Below, piece by piece: positions 10,984 to 20,216 of a stretch of 64,000 bases of DNA. Below the pieces are notes generated by a model. That model made no database searches. It saw nothing but the letters and a program-made list of their open reading frames with translations, and was not told the DNA's origin. The stretch's first letter is position 1; every line of letters starts with the position of its first letter. A program made the translations under genes and the position numbers. This DNA comes from an uncultured Bacteroidota bacterium (GTDB taxonomy: Bacteria > Bacteroidota > Bacteroidia > Bacteroidales > WCHB1-69), in the NCBI GenBank assembly GCA_902770735.1, contig CACXUB010000005.1, positions 5,639-69,638 on the forward strand, read 5' to 3'.

Positions 10984-11751
10984 ATGATACAGTTAAACAA
11001 TGTAGAATTCGGATACGACAAGAACCGCAAGTTGTTCAACGGGGTGAACTGGCAGTTGGAGCCCGGCCACCTGTACGGGTTGCTCGGCCGCAACGGCGCC
11101 GGCAAAACCACCCTGCTGAAAATCATGACGGGTTTGTTATTCCCGCAGGCAGGCGACGCCCTCATCGACGGCGAGCCCGCGCATAAACGCACCGCACAAC
11201 AATTGAGCGACATCTATTTCCTCCAAGAGGAGATCTACGTTCCTCATCTGAAAATCAAACAGTTCGAGGAAGCCTTCGCGCCCTTCTATCCCCACTTCAG
11301 CCATGAACAGTTCGTGGAATACCTGACGAAAATGGAGATGGACAATATGCTCGGCTTCATCGACAAGTTCTCGCACGCCACCAACGGCCTCGATATCCCC
11401 ACCAAGAGCATCTTCCGCAAAATCATGGCCGCCTACGCTGACGAGCAGAAGACGGTGATCATCTCCACGCATCAGGTCCGCGACCTGCACAGTCTCATCG
11501 ACGCGGTCTCCATCCTCGACAACGGCCGCATGATCCTCAACGCCCCCGGCGATGTCATCACCGACAAGCTGCTCTTCGATGTGGATGACCAAAAGGCTCA
11601 AGCAGGCAAGCTGTACTACTCAGAAGAGACCCCGCGCGGTATCTATCAGGTAAAGGAAAATGTCAACCACATTGATTCCGCCCTTGATTTGGAACTGCTC
11701 TTCAATGCCGCTGTTCAAAACAAGCAGGAATTTACAGAATTATTCAAATAA
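10984..11751 (+). CDS. ABC transporter ATP-binding protein of a YtrA-type operon, lacking recognisable signature and Walker B motifs
   Basis: Walker A GRNGAGKTT, Q-loop YFLQEE, D-loop ATNGLD and H-loop ISTHQVRD are present. Between them the sequence reads only FIDKFSH-ATNGLDIP (see findings). Confidence 0.8.
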   Translation: MIQLNNVEFGYDKNRKLFNGVNWQLEPGHLYGLLGRNGAGKTTLLKIMTGLLFPQAGDALIDGEPAHKRTAQQLSDIYFLQEEIYVPHLKIKQFEEAFAPFYPHFSHEQFVEYLTKMEMDNMLGFIDKFSHATNGLDIPTKSIFRKIMAAYADEQKTVIISTHQVRDLHSLIDAVSILDNGRMILNAPGDVITDKLLFDVDDQKAQAGKLYYSEETPRGIYQVKENVNHIDSALDLELLFNAAVQNKQEFTELFK

Positions 11752-11769
11752 CCTTAAAATCTGAAGATT

Positions 11770-11997
11770 ATGAAAAAATACACGAATAAGATATTGATTA
11801 TCACCGCTATTATTCTGGTGTTGGGCATGGTTATCGGCTACACCATTGACTTCCAGACCGGCTACCGCAGCGGCCGAATCCAATATAAGGAAATCCAAAA
11901 GGATTCGACGCAGGTACTGCATTTTAATGGTCTGGATGAAATAGAGGCATACGCCGATTCCTTATCCGAAAATCAACCCGAAACGTCTCACCAATAA
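11770..11997 (+). CDS. hypothetical small single-pass membrane protein
   Basis: 75 aa, ATG start, one TM helix ILIITAIILVLGMVIGY. Tightly packed in the ABC/GntR operon. Confidence 0.5.
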   Translation: MKKYTNKILIITAIILVLGMVIGYTIDFQTGYRSGRIQYKEIQKDSTQVLHFNGLDEIEAYADSLSENQPETSHQ

Positions 11998-12009
11998 AAC
12001 CGTATAATT

Positions 12010-12762
12010 ATGAATATCAACAATATAATCAAATTAATCAAGGCCTATTTTTACGAAAACTGGCGGAATGATCTCATCTATTCATTCGGCATCATGGTAG
12101 CATTATCTCTGATTATGACGATTGTGTCTAACAATCCCGATTTGACAGGGATAAAAATAGCGGCCATTGTGTTTATGGTTTATTACCCATGCCGCTTCTT
12201 TTCCAAGCTGCACCAGCCTTCAAGCAGGATACACTTCTTGATGACACCCGTGACCAACGCCGAAAAAGTGGTGTCAGGTATGTTTTTGACCAACATCTAT
12301 TTCGTGGCAGGCATTGTTTTGTCTGTGCTGATTGGGCAGATTTTGGGATATGGCATAGTGAATATGTATAAACCAGACATTTTCGCCATACCATACGGAA
12401 TCCACAATTTAGGTGAATTCTTAAAATGGCAAGTTCTTCCCTACGATGGAGAGGCTGTGCTGATGTTTTTCGCCGGTATTTCTATTATGTTTTTCGCTGC
12501 TATCTATTTTAAGAAGAGCCCGTTTTGGAAACTGCTATTGGCAGGTTTCGTCATTTCATTGGTTTTTGGAGCCATTATGGCAGGTACCGAATGGTTGAAT
12601 GTACTGTTGACGGTGCCCGCAGAAATCCGAAATGGTCACTACTATAAAGTAGAGCATAACATTGCCACTTCCAGTGATTGGTTCATGTATGTGGCTTACA
12701 GTGTGACGATTGTCTATTTCTACGTGATGAGTTTTTTGAGAATGAGAGAAACGGAGGCATAG
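12010..12762 (+). CDS. hypothetical multi-pass membrane protein (probable permease partner of the ABC ATPase)
   Basis: 250 aa with about 6 hydrophobic helices, lying between the ABC ATPase and the GntR regulator. Confidence 0.65.
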   Translation: MNINNIIKLIKAYFYENWRNDLIYSFGIMVALSLIMTIVSNNPDLTGIKIAAIVFMVYYPCRFFSKLHQPSSRIHFLMTPVTNAEKVVSGMFLTNIYFVAGIVLSVLIGQILGYGIVNMYKPDIFAIPYGIHNLGEFLKWQVLPYDGEAVLMFFAGISIMFFAAIYFKKSPFWKLLLAGFVISLVFGAIMAGTEWLNVLLTVPAEIRNGHYYKVEHNIATSSDWFMYVAYSVTIVYFYVMSFLRMRETEA

Positions 12763-12763
12763 T

Positions 12764-13111
12764 ATGGATTTCAAGAGCACACAAACCATATACCGGCAGA
12801 TCGAGAACTGGGTGTTCGAGCAAATCTTGTCGGGCGCATGGAAGCCGGGCGAGCGGGCCAAGTCGGTGCGCGAGTTGGCTGTCGCCTTCGAGGTGAACCC
12901 CAACACCGTCATGCGCTCCTACGAACGTCTTCAGAACCAGGAGATCATCACCAACAAACGCGGCATCGGCTTCTTCGTCAACGAAGACGCCCCCGAGAAA
13001 ATCCACGCCATCCGGAAGAAGGAATTCATGGAGGAGGAGGTGCCGGAGTTTCTGAAGAATATGCGGTTGCTGGGAATCACGATGGAGGAAATCATGGCAG
13101 TTAGTAATTAG
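12764..13111 (+). CDS. GntR family transcriptional regulator, YtrA subfamily
   Basis: 115 aa. wHTH IYRQIENWVFEQILSGAWKPGERAKSVRELAVAFEVNPNTVMRSYERLQNQEIITNKRGIGFFV with a short C-terminal helical tail typical of YtrA. Confidence 0.85.
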   Translation: MDFKSTQTIYRQIENWVFEQILSGAWKPGERAKSVRELAVAFEVNPNTVMRSYERLQNQEIITNKRGIGFFVNEDAPEKIHAIRKKEFMEEEVPEFLKNMRLLGITMEEIMAVSN

Positions 13112-13135
13112 TAATTAGTAGTTAGTAGTTGAGTC
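13101..13135 (+). repeat. tandem heptamers TTAGTAA x2, TTAGTAG x2, overlapping the GntR stop codon
   Basis: Read directly. The stop TAG at 13109-13111 lies inside the array. Confidence 0.9.
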
Positions 13136-13160
13136 GCGATTTAGCTGCTAACTACTAACT
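13120..13160 (+). terminator. hairpin after the GntR gene
   Basis: 11-bp perfect stem AGTTAGTAGTT(13120-13130)/AACTACTAACT(13150-13160). No clear U-run. Confidence 0.45.
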
Positions 13161-13178
13161 GAAAAAGTTTCTTACAAT

Positions 13179-15443
13179 ATGAAAAAAATAACAATCATCA
13201 CCTTGATTTTCTGTGCATTGGCAAGTCAGCTAATCGCGCAGAACAGCTACTGGGTGTTCTTCACGGACAAGCAGAACACCACCTTCGATCCGTATCAGTA
13301 CTTTGATGCGAAGGCCATCGAGCGTTACGCCCTGAACGGCGCGGACCTCTATGACATCACCAACTATCCCGTGAACAGCCACTATGCCGCGCAGGTGGAG
13401 ACCGTCTGTGAGGAGCTGGTGGGCACGTCGCGGTGGCTCAACGCGGCCGGCGTGATGGCTACGGAAGAGCAGATTGCAGTCATCCGGCAGTTCCCCTTTG
13501 TGGCGGGCATCCAGCTGATTTCCAGTGATATGGAAGTCGCTGAAGAGCAAATCACCGAAGACAGGATCCCTCTCTCCACGGAGCAGGTCAGTATCCACCA
13601 CGGGGAGTTGTTCCAGCAACACAACATCAGCGGCAAGGGCGTGCGTGTGGCGGTGTTTGACGCCGGTTTCCCGGATGTGGACACCCACCCCGCGTTCCAA
13701 CATCTGCGCGACAACAAGCAGATTGTCAAGACCTGGAACTTCGTGAAGAAGAAAGAGAACGTGTATGAAGCCAACTCGCATGGCCGCATGGTGCTGAGCT
13801 GCATAGCGGGGAAATACGGAAACCAGCTGCTCGGCATGGCGCCCGATGCGCAGTTCCTGTTGGCCCGCACCGAAGTGGCCTCCGAGCCGAAAAAAGAGGA
13901 GATCTGGTGGGTGCGGGCACTCGAATGGGCCGACCAGAACGGTGCCGACATCGTGAACAGCTCCCTTGGATACGGCAAACAGCGCTATATGCTCAAACAC
14001 ATGGACGGCAAGACTTCGATGGTGGCTAAGGCCGCAAACACCGCCGCCCGCAAGGGCATTTTGGTGTGCAACTCCATGGGCAACGAGGGTGCCGATAACG
14101 AATGGAAGATGCTCATCACCCCTGCCGATGCCGACAGCATCTTGTCGGTGGGTGCCGTGAAAAGTTTGGATGTCATCGCCAACTTCAGTTCCTTCGGTCC
14201 CACGGCAGACGGTCGCATGAAGCCCAACGTGGTCGCCATGGGCGAAAACAACTTGGTGGCCGGCAGCAAAGGCAACTTCACGAGGGCATCCGGCACCTCC
14301 TTCTCCTCTCCGATGATGGCCGGTTTCGCCGCGTGCGTCAAGCAGTTGCACCCCGAATACACCGCCTGGCAGCTGAAGACCGAGATTGAGAAATCCGGCA
14401 ACCACTATCCCTATTTCGACTATGCGTTCGGCTACGGTGTGCCGCAAGCCGGCTACTTCTTCGGCGAGAAGCCCGAAGTGAAGGACAATCTGACGCTCTA
14501 CGAGGATGAAAAGGCGATTTATGTCACCTCCAAGAACCCCGAATCCAAGATTTTCTTCAAGATTGTGAATGGCGACGGCACGATAGAACGATACAGTGAA
14601 TCCACGTTGTATGAGGGAAGGGATGTGGAAAACGCAGGACAATCATTGGAATTCCCCAAATATTGGTTGAAAGAAGGGCAGACATTGGAAATCTGGAGCG
14701 ATGGTCAGCATTTGAAACACCGTTACGGTCAGCAGACGCTGCCCAAGGTGGATAGTCTGGTGGCGGCGGAGTCCCGTTCAGCCAACTGCAACCGTCGTTT
14801 CGACACGCCCGACAACGACATCTACAAACGTGGGATTCTGGACAAGTACAAATTCAGCTTCGTGCTGAACGCTTCGTTCATGATTCCTACGCAATGGCAA
14901 GCTCCGGGAGCGGGACCCTTGCGCGACAAAAACGGTGCGTCCCGTTCTCTGACCGTGGCTTTCGACAACAGCTGGAAGTTAGCGCGGGTGTATGGTCTGG
15001 GATTCCGTATCGGATTCGGTTCTTCTTGGTATGCCGTGGACCGTCTCCTTTTGCCAGCCGATATGATGCCGGCAACGATGGAGGGTATCCATACAACGAA
15101 AAACAACCTGAAGGTGACGAAATTCGACCTCGAGCTGTTCCAGCGTTTCTTCCTGGGCAACACGGTTTTGGAGAATTGGTACTTGGACACGGGCATTTTC
15201 GGCGAATGGAACGCCGGTGGCCGCTATAAATTCGCCGGGAACAGAGACAAGGAGTTTTTCACCTATGAGAAGTCCGAATATATGCTCGATAAGATGAACC
15301 GGTTCGATTACGGTGTCCGCTTGCGCGTGGGTATCACGAGACGTTTCGCCATCTACGGTCAGTATCGTATTTCCAACCTGTTGAAAAAGGATATTTATCC
15401 GAGCGATCTGCCGAAATGGGAAGTCGGCATCCAGTTGTTCTAA
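13179..15443 (+). CDS. S8 (subtilisin) family serine peptidase with C-terminal outer-membrane beta-barrel-like domain
   Basis: Signal peptide present. Catalytic triad contexts VAVFDAGF (Asp), ANSHGRMVLS (His), GTSFSSPMMAG (Ser). The last ~210 aa show amphipathic beta-strand periodicity and end in ...WEVGIQLF. Confidence 0.9.
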   Translation: MKKITIITLIFCALASQLIAQNSYWVFFTDKQNTTFDPYQYFDAKAIERYALNGADLYDITNYPVNSHYAAQVETVCEELVGTSRWLNAAGVMATEEQIAVIRQFPFVAGIQLISSDMEVAEEQITEDRIPLSTEQVSIHHGELFQQHNISGKGVRVAVFDAGFPDVDTHPAFQHLRDNKQIVKTWNFVKKKENVYEANSHGRMVLSCIAGKYGNQLLGMAPDAQFLLARTEVASEPKKEEIWWVRALEWADQNGADIVNSSLGYGKQRYMLKHMDGKTSMVAKAANTAARKGILVCNSMGNEGADNEWKMLITPADADSILSVGAVKSLDVIANFSSFGPTADGRMKPNVVAMGENNLVAGSKGNFTRASGTSFSSPMMAGFAACVKQLHPEYTAWQLKTEIEKSGNHYPYFDYAFGYGVPQAGYFFGEKPEVKDNLTLYEDEKAIYVTSKNPESKIFFKIVNGDGTIERYSESTLYEGRDVENAGQSLEFPKYWLKEGQTLEIWSDGQHLKHRYGQQTLPKVDSLVAAESRSANCNRRFDTPDNDIYKRGILDKYKFSFVLNASFMIPTQWQAPGAGPLRDKNGASRSLTVAFDNSWKLARVYGLGFRIGFGSSWYAVDRLLLPADMMPATMEGIHTTKNNLKVTKFDLELFQRFFLGNTVLENWYLDTGIFGEWNAGGRYKFAGNRDKEFFTYEKSEYMLDKMNRFDYGVRLRVGITRRFAIYGQYRISNLLKKDIYPSDLPKWEVGIQLF

Positions 15444-15447
15444 TCCT

Positions 15448-15473
15448 GTAGAGGCGTTGCGTAATGTCTCTAC
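15448..15473 (+). terminator. GAGAC-type hairpin after the S8 peptidase gene
   Basis: GTAGAGGCG...TGTCTCTAC forms a 9-bp stem if two G·U pairs are allowed on the + RNA. No U-run. Confidence 0.4.
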
Positions 15474-15492
15474 TTGAAAACATAAAAAATAC

Positions 15493-15500
15493 TATCTTTG
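15493..15500 (+). promoter_or_regulatory. -7 box TATCTTTG upstream of the M16 peptidase
   Basis: Exact match, but 99 nt upstream of ATG 15599, implying a long leader. Confidence 0.45.
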
Positions 15501-15598
15501 CCGCCGATTTAAAATTTTTGTAGTTATTTTGCGTTTAGTGCGTCAAAGAAGAAAATCGTCAACGAAAAATTAAAGTTATTTATAAAAAACAAACGTGT

Positions 15599-18427
15599 AT
15601 GAAGAAAGTATTTTTGTTTTTGCTGGCCGTAATCTGTGCAGTGACCGTTTTCGCGCAGAAAGGCGACCTGAATTTGAATGATCCCATCAAGGCGGATCCC
15701 AATGTGACCATTGGCAAGTTAGACAATGGGTTGACCTATTACATTCGTAAAAACTCCTACCCGAAAGACCGCGTGGAGTTCCGTCTCGCGGTGAACGCCG
15801 GCTCCAACCAGGAGAACGACAACCAGCAAGGTTTGGCGCACTTCACCGAGCACATGGCCTTCAATGGTATCGAGGGTTTCCCGAGCAACAGCGTGGTTGA
15901 CCACCTGCGCAGCAAGGGCGTGGTGTTCGGCGCCGACCTCAACGCCTACACCAGTTTCGACGAGACGGTCTATATGATTCCCATGCCGCTCGACGATCCC
16001 AACAACATCGACCTCGGTCTCAAGATCCTCCGTGGCTGGGCCGCCGGTCTGCTCTACGACAACAAGGAGATTGACGAGGAGCGCGGCGTCATCATCGAGG
16101 AGTACCGTCTCGGTTTGGGTGCCGACGACCGTATGCGCAAGGAGTACTGGCCGGTCCTCATGAAGGATTCCCGTTACGCCGACCGTATGCCTATCGGCAA
16201 ACTTGACATTCTGCAAACTTTTGAGTACCAAGTTATTAAAGATTTTTACAAAGATTGGTATCGTCCGGATTTGCAGGCCGTGATCGTAGTGGGTGACATC
16301 AACGTGGCTGAGGTGGAAGCGAAGATCAAGACGATGTTCGGCAACATCCCCGCCAAGCAGAACCCCAGAAAGAAAGAGACTTACGGCATCGGCGCCAACA
16401 AGGAGCCGCTCGTGGCCGTCTGCACCGACAAGGAAGCTACCGGCAACTCGGTGATGCTTATCCGCAAACACCCCCACGCAGCGATGAAAACTATCGGCGA
16501 TTTCCGTCAGCAACTTTGCATCGACCTCTACAACACCATGCTGGATGCCCGTTTCATGGAGATGACCCAGGATCCGAAATGTTCGTTCCTGAACGCTGGC
16601 GGCGGTTATGGCGATTTCATCGGCAACACCGATGCGTATGTCATGGAAGCTACGGCCAAGGAGAACCGCATTCCCGAGGCTTTGCGTGTGATTATGCAAG
16701 AGGATTACCGCGTGCTGAAATACGGTTTCCTGCAGACTGAACTCGACCGTGCCAAAGAGGAACTGTTAGAAAGATATGACAAGGCTGCGAAGGAGGCCGA
16801 CAAGACCGAATCCGCCCGTTTCGCTTCCCAGTACATCAACAATTTCCTGCGTCAAGACCCCATCCCGGGTGCAAAACGCGAGAATACATACGCCAAGAAG
16901 CTGGTTGAAGGCATCACCCTGGCTGAGATCAACGCTTTGGCCAAGAATTGGGTCACGGAAGACAATATGGTGGCCATCGTCACTGCTCCCGACAAAGAGG
17001 GCGTCTCCGTTCCGACCAAAGAGGAAATCCTTTCCATCTTGAAAGACAAATCGTTAGCCAACGTCCAACCTTACGTGGATACCTACAAAGATCAGGAAAT
17101 CTTGGAGAAAAACGGCCTGAAACCCGGCAAGATCACTTCTGTGGAGAAAATCGACGCCGTGGGTGCTGAAAAGTGGACGCTTTCCAACGGCATCACCGTT
17201 TATTTGAAGAAAACCGACTATAAGAACGACGAAATCCTGTTCTCTGCCAGCAGTAAGGGCGGTAAAACCCTCTATCCTGTGAAAGATCTCGCTTCCGCCG
17301 ATTTCGCCGCCGACATCATCGACCGTGGCGGTATCGCCGGTTTGGACTACAACTCCCTGATGAAGAAGATGAAAGGTAAAAATGTTGGCGTTTCTCCGGA
17401 GGTCAACCTTCTGACGGAAGGTTTTGGTGGCTCTTCTTCGCCGAAAGACCTGGAGTTCTTCTTCCAGTACCTCAACGCCTTCTTCACCAACCCGCGCATT
17501 GATCCGAACGCTTTCGAATTGGTGATGGACGAAACCCGCGAGGGCATCAAGATGATCACTGCCCAGCCGATGTACCAATTCTTGGGCAAGTTGATTGACG
17601 CTGCCTATAATCACGATCCTTACATGAAGCAGATGTTCACCTTCGATGAAGAGTATCTGAAACAGGTGAATTTCGACCGCGCCGTGCAGATCTACAAGGA
17701 ACGTTTCGCCAACCCCGCCGACTTCAACTTCTTCTTCGTGGGCAACTACGACGAGAAACAGATGAAGGAGTTCGTGGAACTCTATCTCGGTTCCATGAAG
17801 ACCGATCCCAGCAAGAAAGAGAACTACAATCTCAACGTGCTGAAACCGCGTCCGAGCCAAGCTTCCTCTCAGACGGTCTATGCCGGTACTGAAGAACAGG
17901 GTTGGATGGGCATGATGATCAGCAACCCCATCGACTGGAGCTACCGTAATTCCATCATCGCCAGCATGATTGGTGAAGCCCTCGACATCCAGTTCGTGCG
18001 CATCGTGCGTGAGAAGATGGGTGATGTCTATTCCCCGATGGTGCAGATGGGCGCCAGCAAACTCCCGCGTCCGGAAATGACCCTGATGATCCTCCTGGGC
18101 TGCGACCCCGTGAAGACCGACAAACTGGCCGCCGCCAGTCTCAAGATCCTCAACGACTTCAAGAAGAAAGGACCCGACAGTAAGACCATGGCTCTCGTGA
18201 AGAAGCAGATGATCAGCACCCGCGCCAAGAACATCCAAACCAACAATTTCTGGATGAACTACATCAGCGGCAAGGTCAACCAGGATGAGCCGATTATCGC
18301 TCCGGCAGAGTATGACAACATCGTCAATTCCGTCACCAAGAAGGAGATGATCGAGTTCATGAAGAAGTACTTCCATCCTGAAATCTACACTCGCGTCGAT
18401 ATGCACCCGACCACGATGCAGAAGTAG
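15599..18427 (+). CDS. M16 family (pitrilysin/insulinase-like) zinc peptidase
   Basis: 942 aa, signal peptide, inverted zincin motif HFTEHMAFNG (HxxEH), two M16 halves. Confidence 0.9.
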   Translation: MKKVFLFLLAVICAVTVFAQKGDLNLNDPIKADPNVTIGKLDNGLTYYIRKNSYPKDRVEFRLAVNAGSNQENDNQQGLAHFTEHMAFNGIEGFPSNSVVDHLRSKGVVFGADLNAYTSFDETVYMIPMPLDDPNNIDLGLKILRGWAAGLLYDNKEIDEERGVIIEEYRLGLGADDRMRKEYWPVLMKDSRYADRMPIGKLDILQTFEYQVIKDFYKDWYRPDLQAVIVVGDINVAEVEAKIKTMFGNIPAKQNPRKKETYGIGANKEPLVAVCTDKEATGNSVMLIRKHPHAAMKTIGDFRQQLCIDLYNTMLDARFMEMTQDPKCSFLNAGGGYGDFIGNTDAYVMEATAKENRIPEALRVIMQEDYRVLKYGFLQTELDRAKEELLERYDKAAKEADKTESARFASQYINNFLRQDPIPGAKRENTYAKKLVEGITLAEINALAKNWVTEDNMVAIVTAPDKEGVSVPTKEEILSILKDKSLANVQPYVDTYKDQEILEKNGLKPGKITSVEKIDAVGAEKWTLSNGITVYLKKTDYKNDEILFSASSKGGKTLYPVKDLASADFAADIIDRGGIAGLDYNSLMKKMKGKNVGVSPEVNLLTEGFGGSSSPKDLEFFFQYLNAFFTNPRIDPNAFELVMDETREGIKMITAQPMYQFLGKLIDAAYNHDPYMKQMFTFDEEYLKQVNFDRAVQIYKERFANPADFNFFFVGNYDEKQMKEFVELYLGSMKTDPSKKENYNLNVLKPRPSQASSQTVYAGTEEQGWMGMMISNPIDWSYRNSIIASMIGEALDIQFVRIVREKMGDVYSPMVQMGASKLPRPEMTLMILLGCDPVKTDKLAAASLKILNDFKKKGPDSKTMALVKKQMISTRAKNIQTNNFWMNYISGKVNQDEPIIAPAEYDNIVNSVTKKEMIEFMKKYFHPEIYTRVDMHPTTMQK

Positions 18428-18450
18428 TTTTCTCAGTTTGTACAACAAAA

Positions 18451-18488
18451 AGAGAGATGGGCTTATGGTCTGTCTCTCTTTTGTTTTT
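18451..18488 (+). terminator. intrinsic terminator after the M16 peptidase gene
   Basis: AGAGAGA(18451-18457)/TCTCTCT(18473-18479) stem, followed by TTTGTTTTT. Confidence 0.55.
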
Positions 18489-18542
18489 AAAGGGTTGTTT
18501 TCTAAATTTTCGGAAGGATGCGGGGTCTATACGTAAAAATTG

Positions 18543-18550
18543 TATTTTTG
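18543..18550 (+). promoter_or_regulatory. -7 box TATTTTTG for the chagasin-like inhibitor/GT2 genes
   Basis: Exact match, 21 nt upstream of ATG 18571. Confidence 0.65.
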
Positions 18551-18570
18551 CACTTTAATTGAGGAAAAAA

Positions 18571-18948
18571 ATGAAGAAAATTGTTTATTTCAGCGCGATC
18601 ATTTGCTTGTTCGTCGGCTGCCAGGCTCAGAAGAAATTGGTTTCTGTGGACAAGGAGACCAACGAGATTGTCCTCAAACAAGGGCAAAGCTGCGAAATCG
18701 AGTTCATCACCAATGCCTCGACCGGTTTTTGGTGGCAGTTGCTTAACGAGGATGAGGTCCATATTGTGAAGAGTGCTGGCGACCGTTACACCAGTGATGC
18801 GCCGAAAGGTATGATAGGAGCTTCCAGCCATCGGTTTTGGAAGTTTGAGGCCGTGGAAAAAGGCACGCAGACGCTGCATTTCGTTTATGCGCGTGACAAT
18901 GTGGACCAGCCGGCCCGCACCCGCGATGTAACGGTTACCGTCAAGTAG
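18571..18948 (+). CDS. chagasin-family (I42) cysteine-peptidase inhibitor, lipoprotein
   Basis: Lipobox LFVGC. Contains the NASTGFWW motif (equivalent to NPTTGY/F-xW) and RFWKFEAVEKGTQTLHFVY, typical of the ICP/chagasin Ig-like fold. Start set to ATG 18571, 21 nt after the -7 box. Confidence 0.75.
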   Translation: MKKIVYFSAIICLFVGCQAQKKLVSVDKETNEIVLKQGQSCEIEFITNASTGFWWQLLNEDEVHIVKSAGDRYTSDAPKGMIGASSHRFWKFEAVEKGTQTLHFVYARDNVDQPARTRDVTVTVK

Positions 18949-20178
18949 ATGCGTGCGATACGGGTCGCCATTCCCGCCATGGACGAGCTGGACTACCTGC
19001 CCGTCACGTTGGATGCGCTTTCCTGTCAGCAAACGACCCTCCCCTTTGAAGTCTATGTTTGTGTGAATCAGCCGGATACCTATTGGGATAATCCGGCTAA
19101 ATTCGTTATATGCGAACACAACCGGCAGTTGTTGGAATACCTTCGTTGTTATGATTCTTTAACTTTACATGTCTTGGACTATGCTTCTCCCGGAAAAGGA
19201 TGGAAGGGGAAGCAATTTGGTGTTGGGTTTGCACGTAAAGTATTATTTGACAATATCTTATCGGATTCTGAATCCGATGATCTTGTGGTCAGCCTTGATG
19301 CGGATACGAAGGTGGGTCCCGGTTATTTGCAGTCGTTGGCGGACAATTTCGCTGCCCATCCCGACATGCAGGCCGTGGCGGTTCCCTACTATCACGACCT
19401 AAACCCTGCGGATGAAGAGCAGAGCCGTGCCATGCTTCGGTATGAAATTTACATGCGTAATTATGCCATCAACTTACTGAAAATCAACAGTCCGTATGGT
19501 TTTACGGCCTTAGGTTCGGCCATCGCGATGCGTGCGGGTGCCTTGCGGAAGGTCGGGAACATCACCCCGTTTCAAAGCGGTGAGGACTTCTATCTTGTGC
19601 AGAAATTCTGCAAAATGGGTGGATTAAGACTTTTTAACTCCGAATGCGTGTATCCGGCAGGGCGGTATTCCGACAGGGTGCCGTTCGGGACAGGCCCGGC
19701 CATGTTGAAAGGCAAGGGAAATGATTGGAGCAGCTATCCCATATACCCTTACACTTGCTTCCAGCCGGTGTCGGAAGCTTATTCGCATCTGGAAGAGCTG
19801 TATAAGGGGGAATATTCAGCCAAGGACAACGATTTTCTGTTTTTTCTTCAGAAAGACTTACAGAAAAAAGACATTTGGTCGGATATCCGGCGGAACGTGG
19901 CGGACTTCGCGCATTTCGTGAAGGCTTTCCACCAGAAGGCGGATGGTCTTCGGATTCTGCAGTATGTTCGAGCAAAAAACATTCAAAACACTGAAAATGA
20001 GTCAGATATATTGATTTTCAATATACAGCGATGGTTGCCTGATGAGGTGCCGTCATGGCTTATCGCAGGTAATTCCCTCACATCTTTTCCGGCGAGGCTC
20101 TTAAATGAAGTGCGAGATTCCCTGTTCCGCCTGGAACAAGTTTTAAGAATACAACATCATGAATTTATCCACCAATAA
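18949..20178 (+). CDS. glycosyltransferase family 2-like protein
   Basis: N-terminus VAIPAMDELDYLPVTLDALSCQ and the DxD-type VVSLDADTKV motif. The ATG abuts the preceding stop codon. Confidence 0.7.
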   Translation: MRAIRVAIPAMDELDYLPVTLDALSCQQTTLPFEVYVCVNQPDTYWDNPAKFVICEHNRQLLEYLRCYDSLTLHVLDYASPGKGWKGKQFGVGFARKVLFDNILSDSESDDLVVSLDADTKVGPGYLQSLADNFAAHPDMQAVAVPYYHDLNPADEEQSRAMLRYEIYMRNYAINLLKINSPYGFTALGSAIAMRAGALRKVGNITPFQSGEDFYLVQKFCKMGGLRLFNSECVYPAGRYSDRVPFGTGPAMLKGKGNDWSSYPIYPYTCFQPVSEAYSHLEELYKGEYSAKDNDFLFFLQKDLQKKDIWSDIRRNVADFAHFVKAFHQKADGLRILQYVRAKNIQNTENESDILIFNIQRWLPDEVPSWLIAGNSLTSFPARLLNEVRDSLFRLEQVLRIQHHEFIHQ

Positions 20179-20216
20179 AACACCTATGACATAAAAATTA
20201 CCATTATCACAACATT

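Noticed and set aside
13230-14642. 470-aa minus-strand ORF. The same situation applies to 17054-18448, 23068-24603, 42769-43797, 54760-55569 and 218-1096.
   Set aside because: All lie opposite genes with clear family motifs (S8, M16, GH3, MutS2, PHP phosphatase, HydG). They are shadow ORFs.
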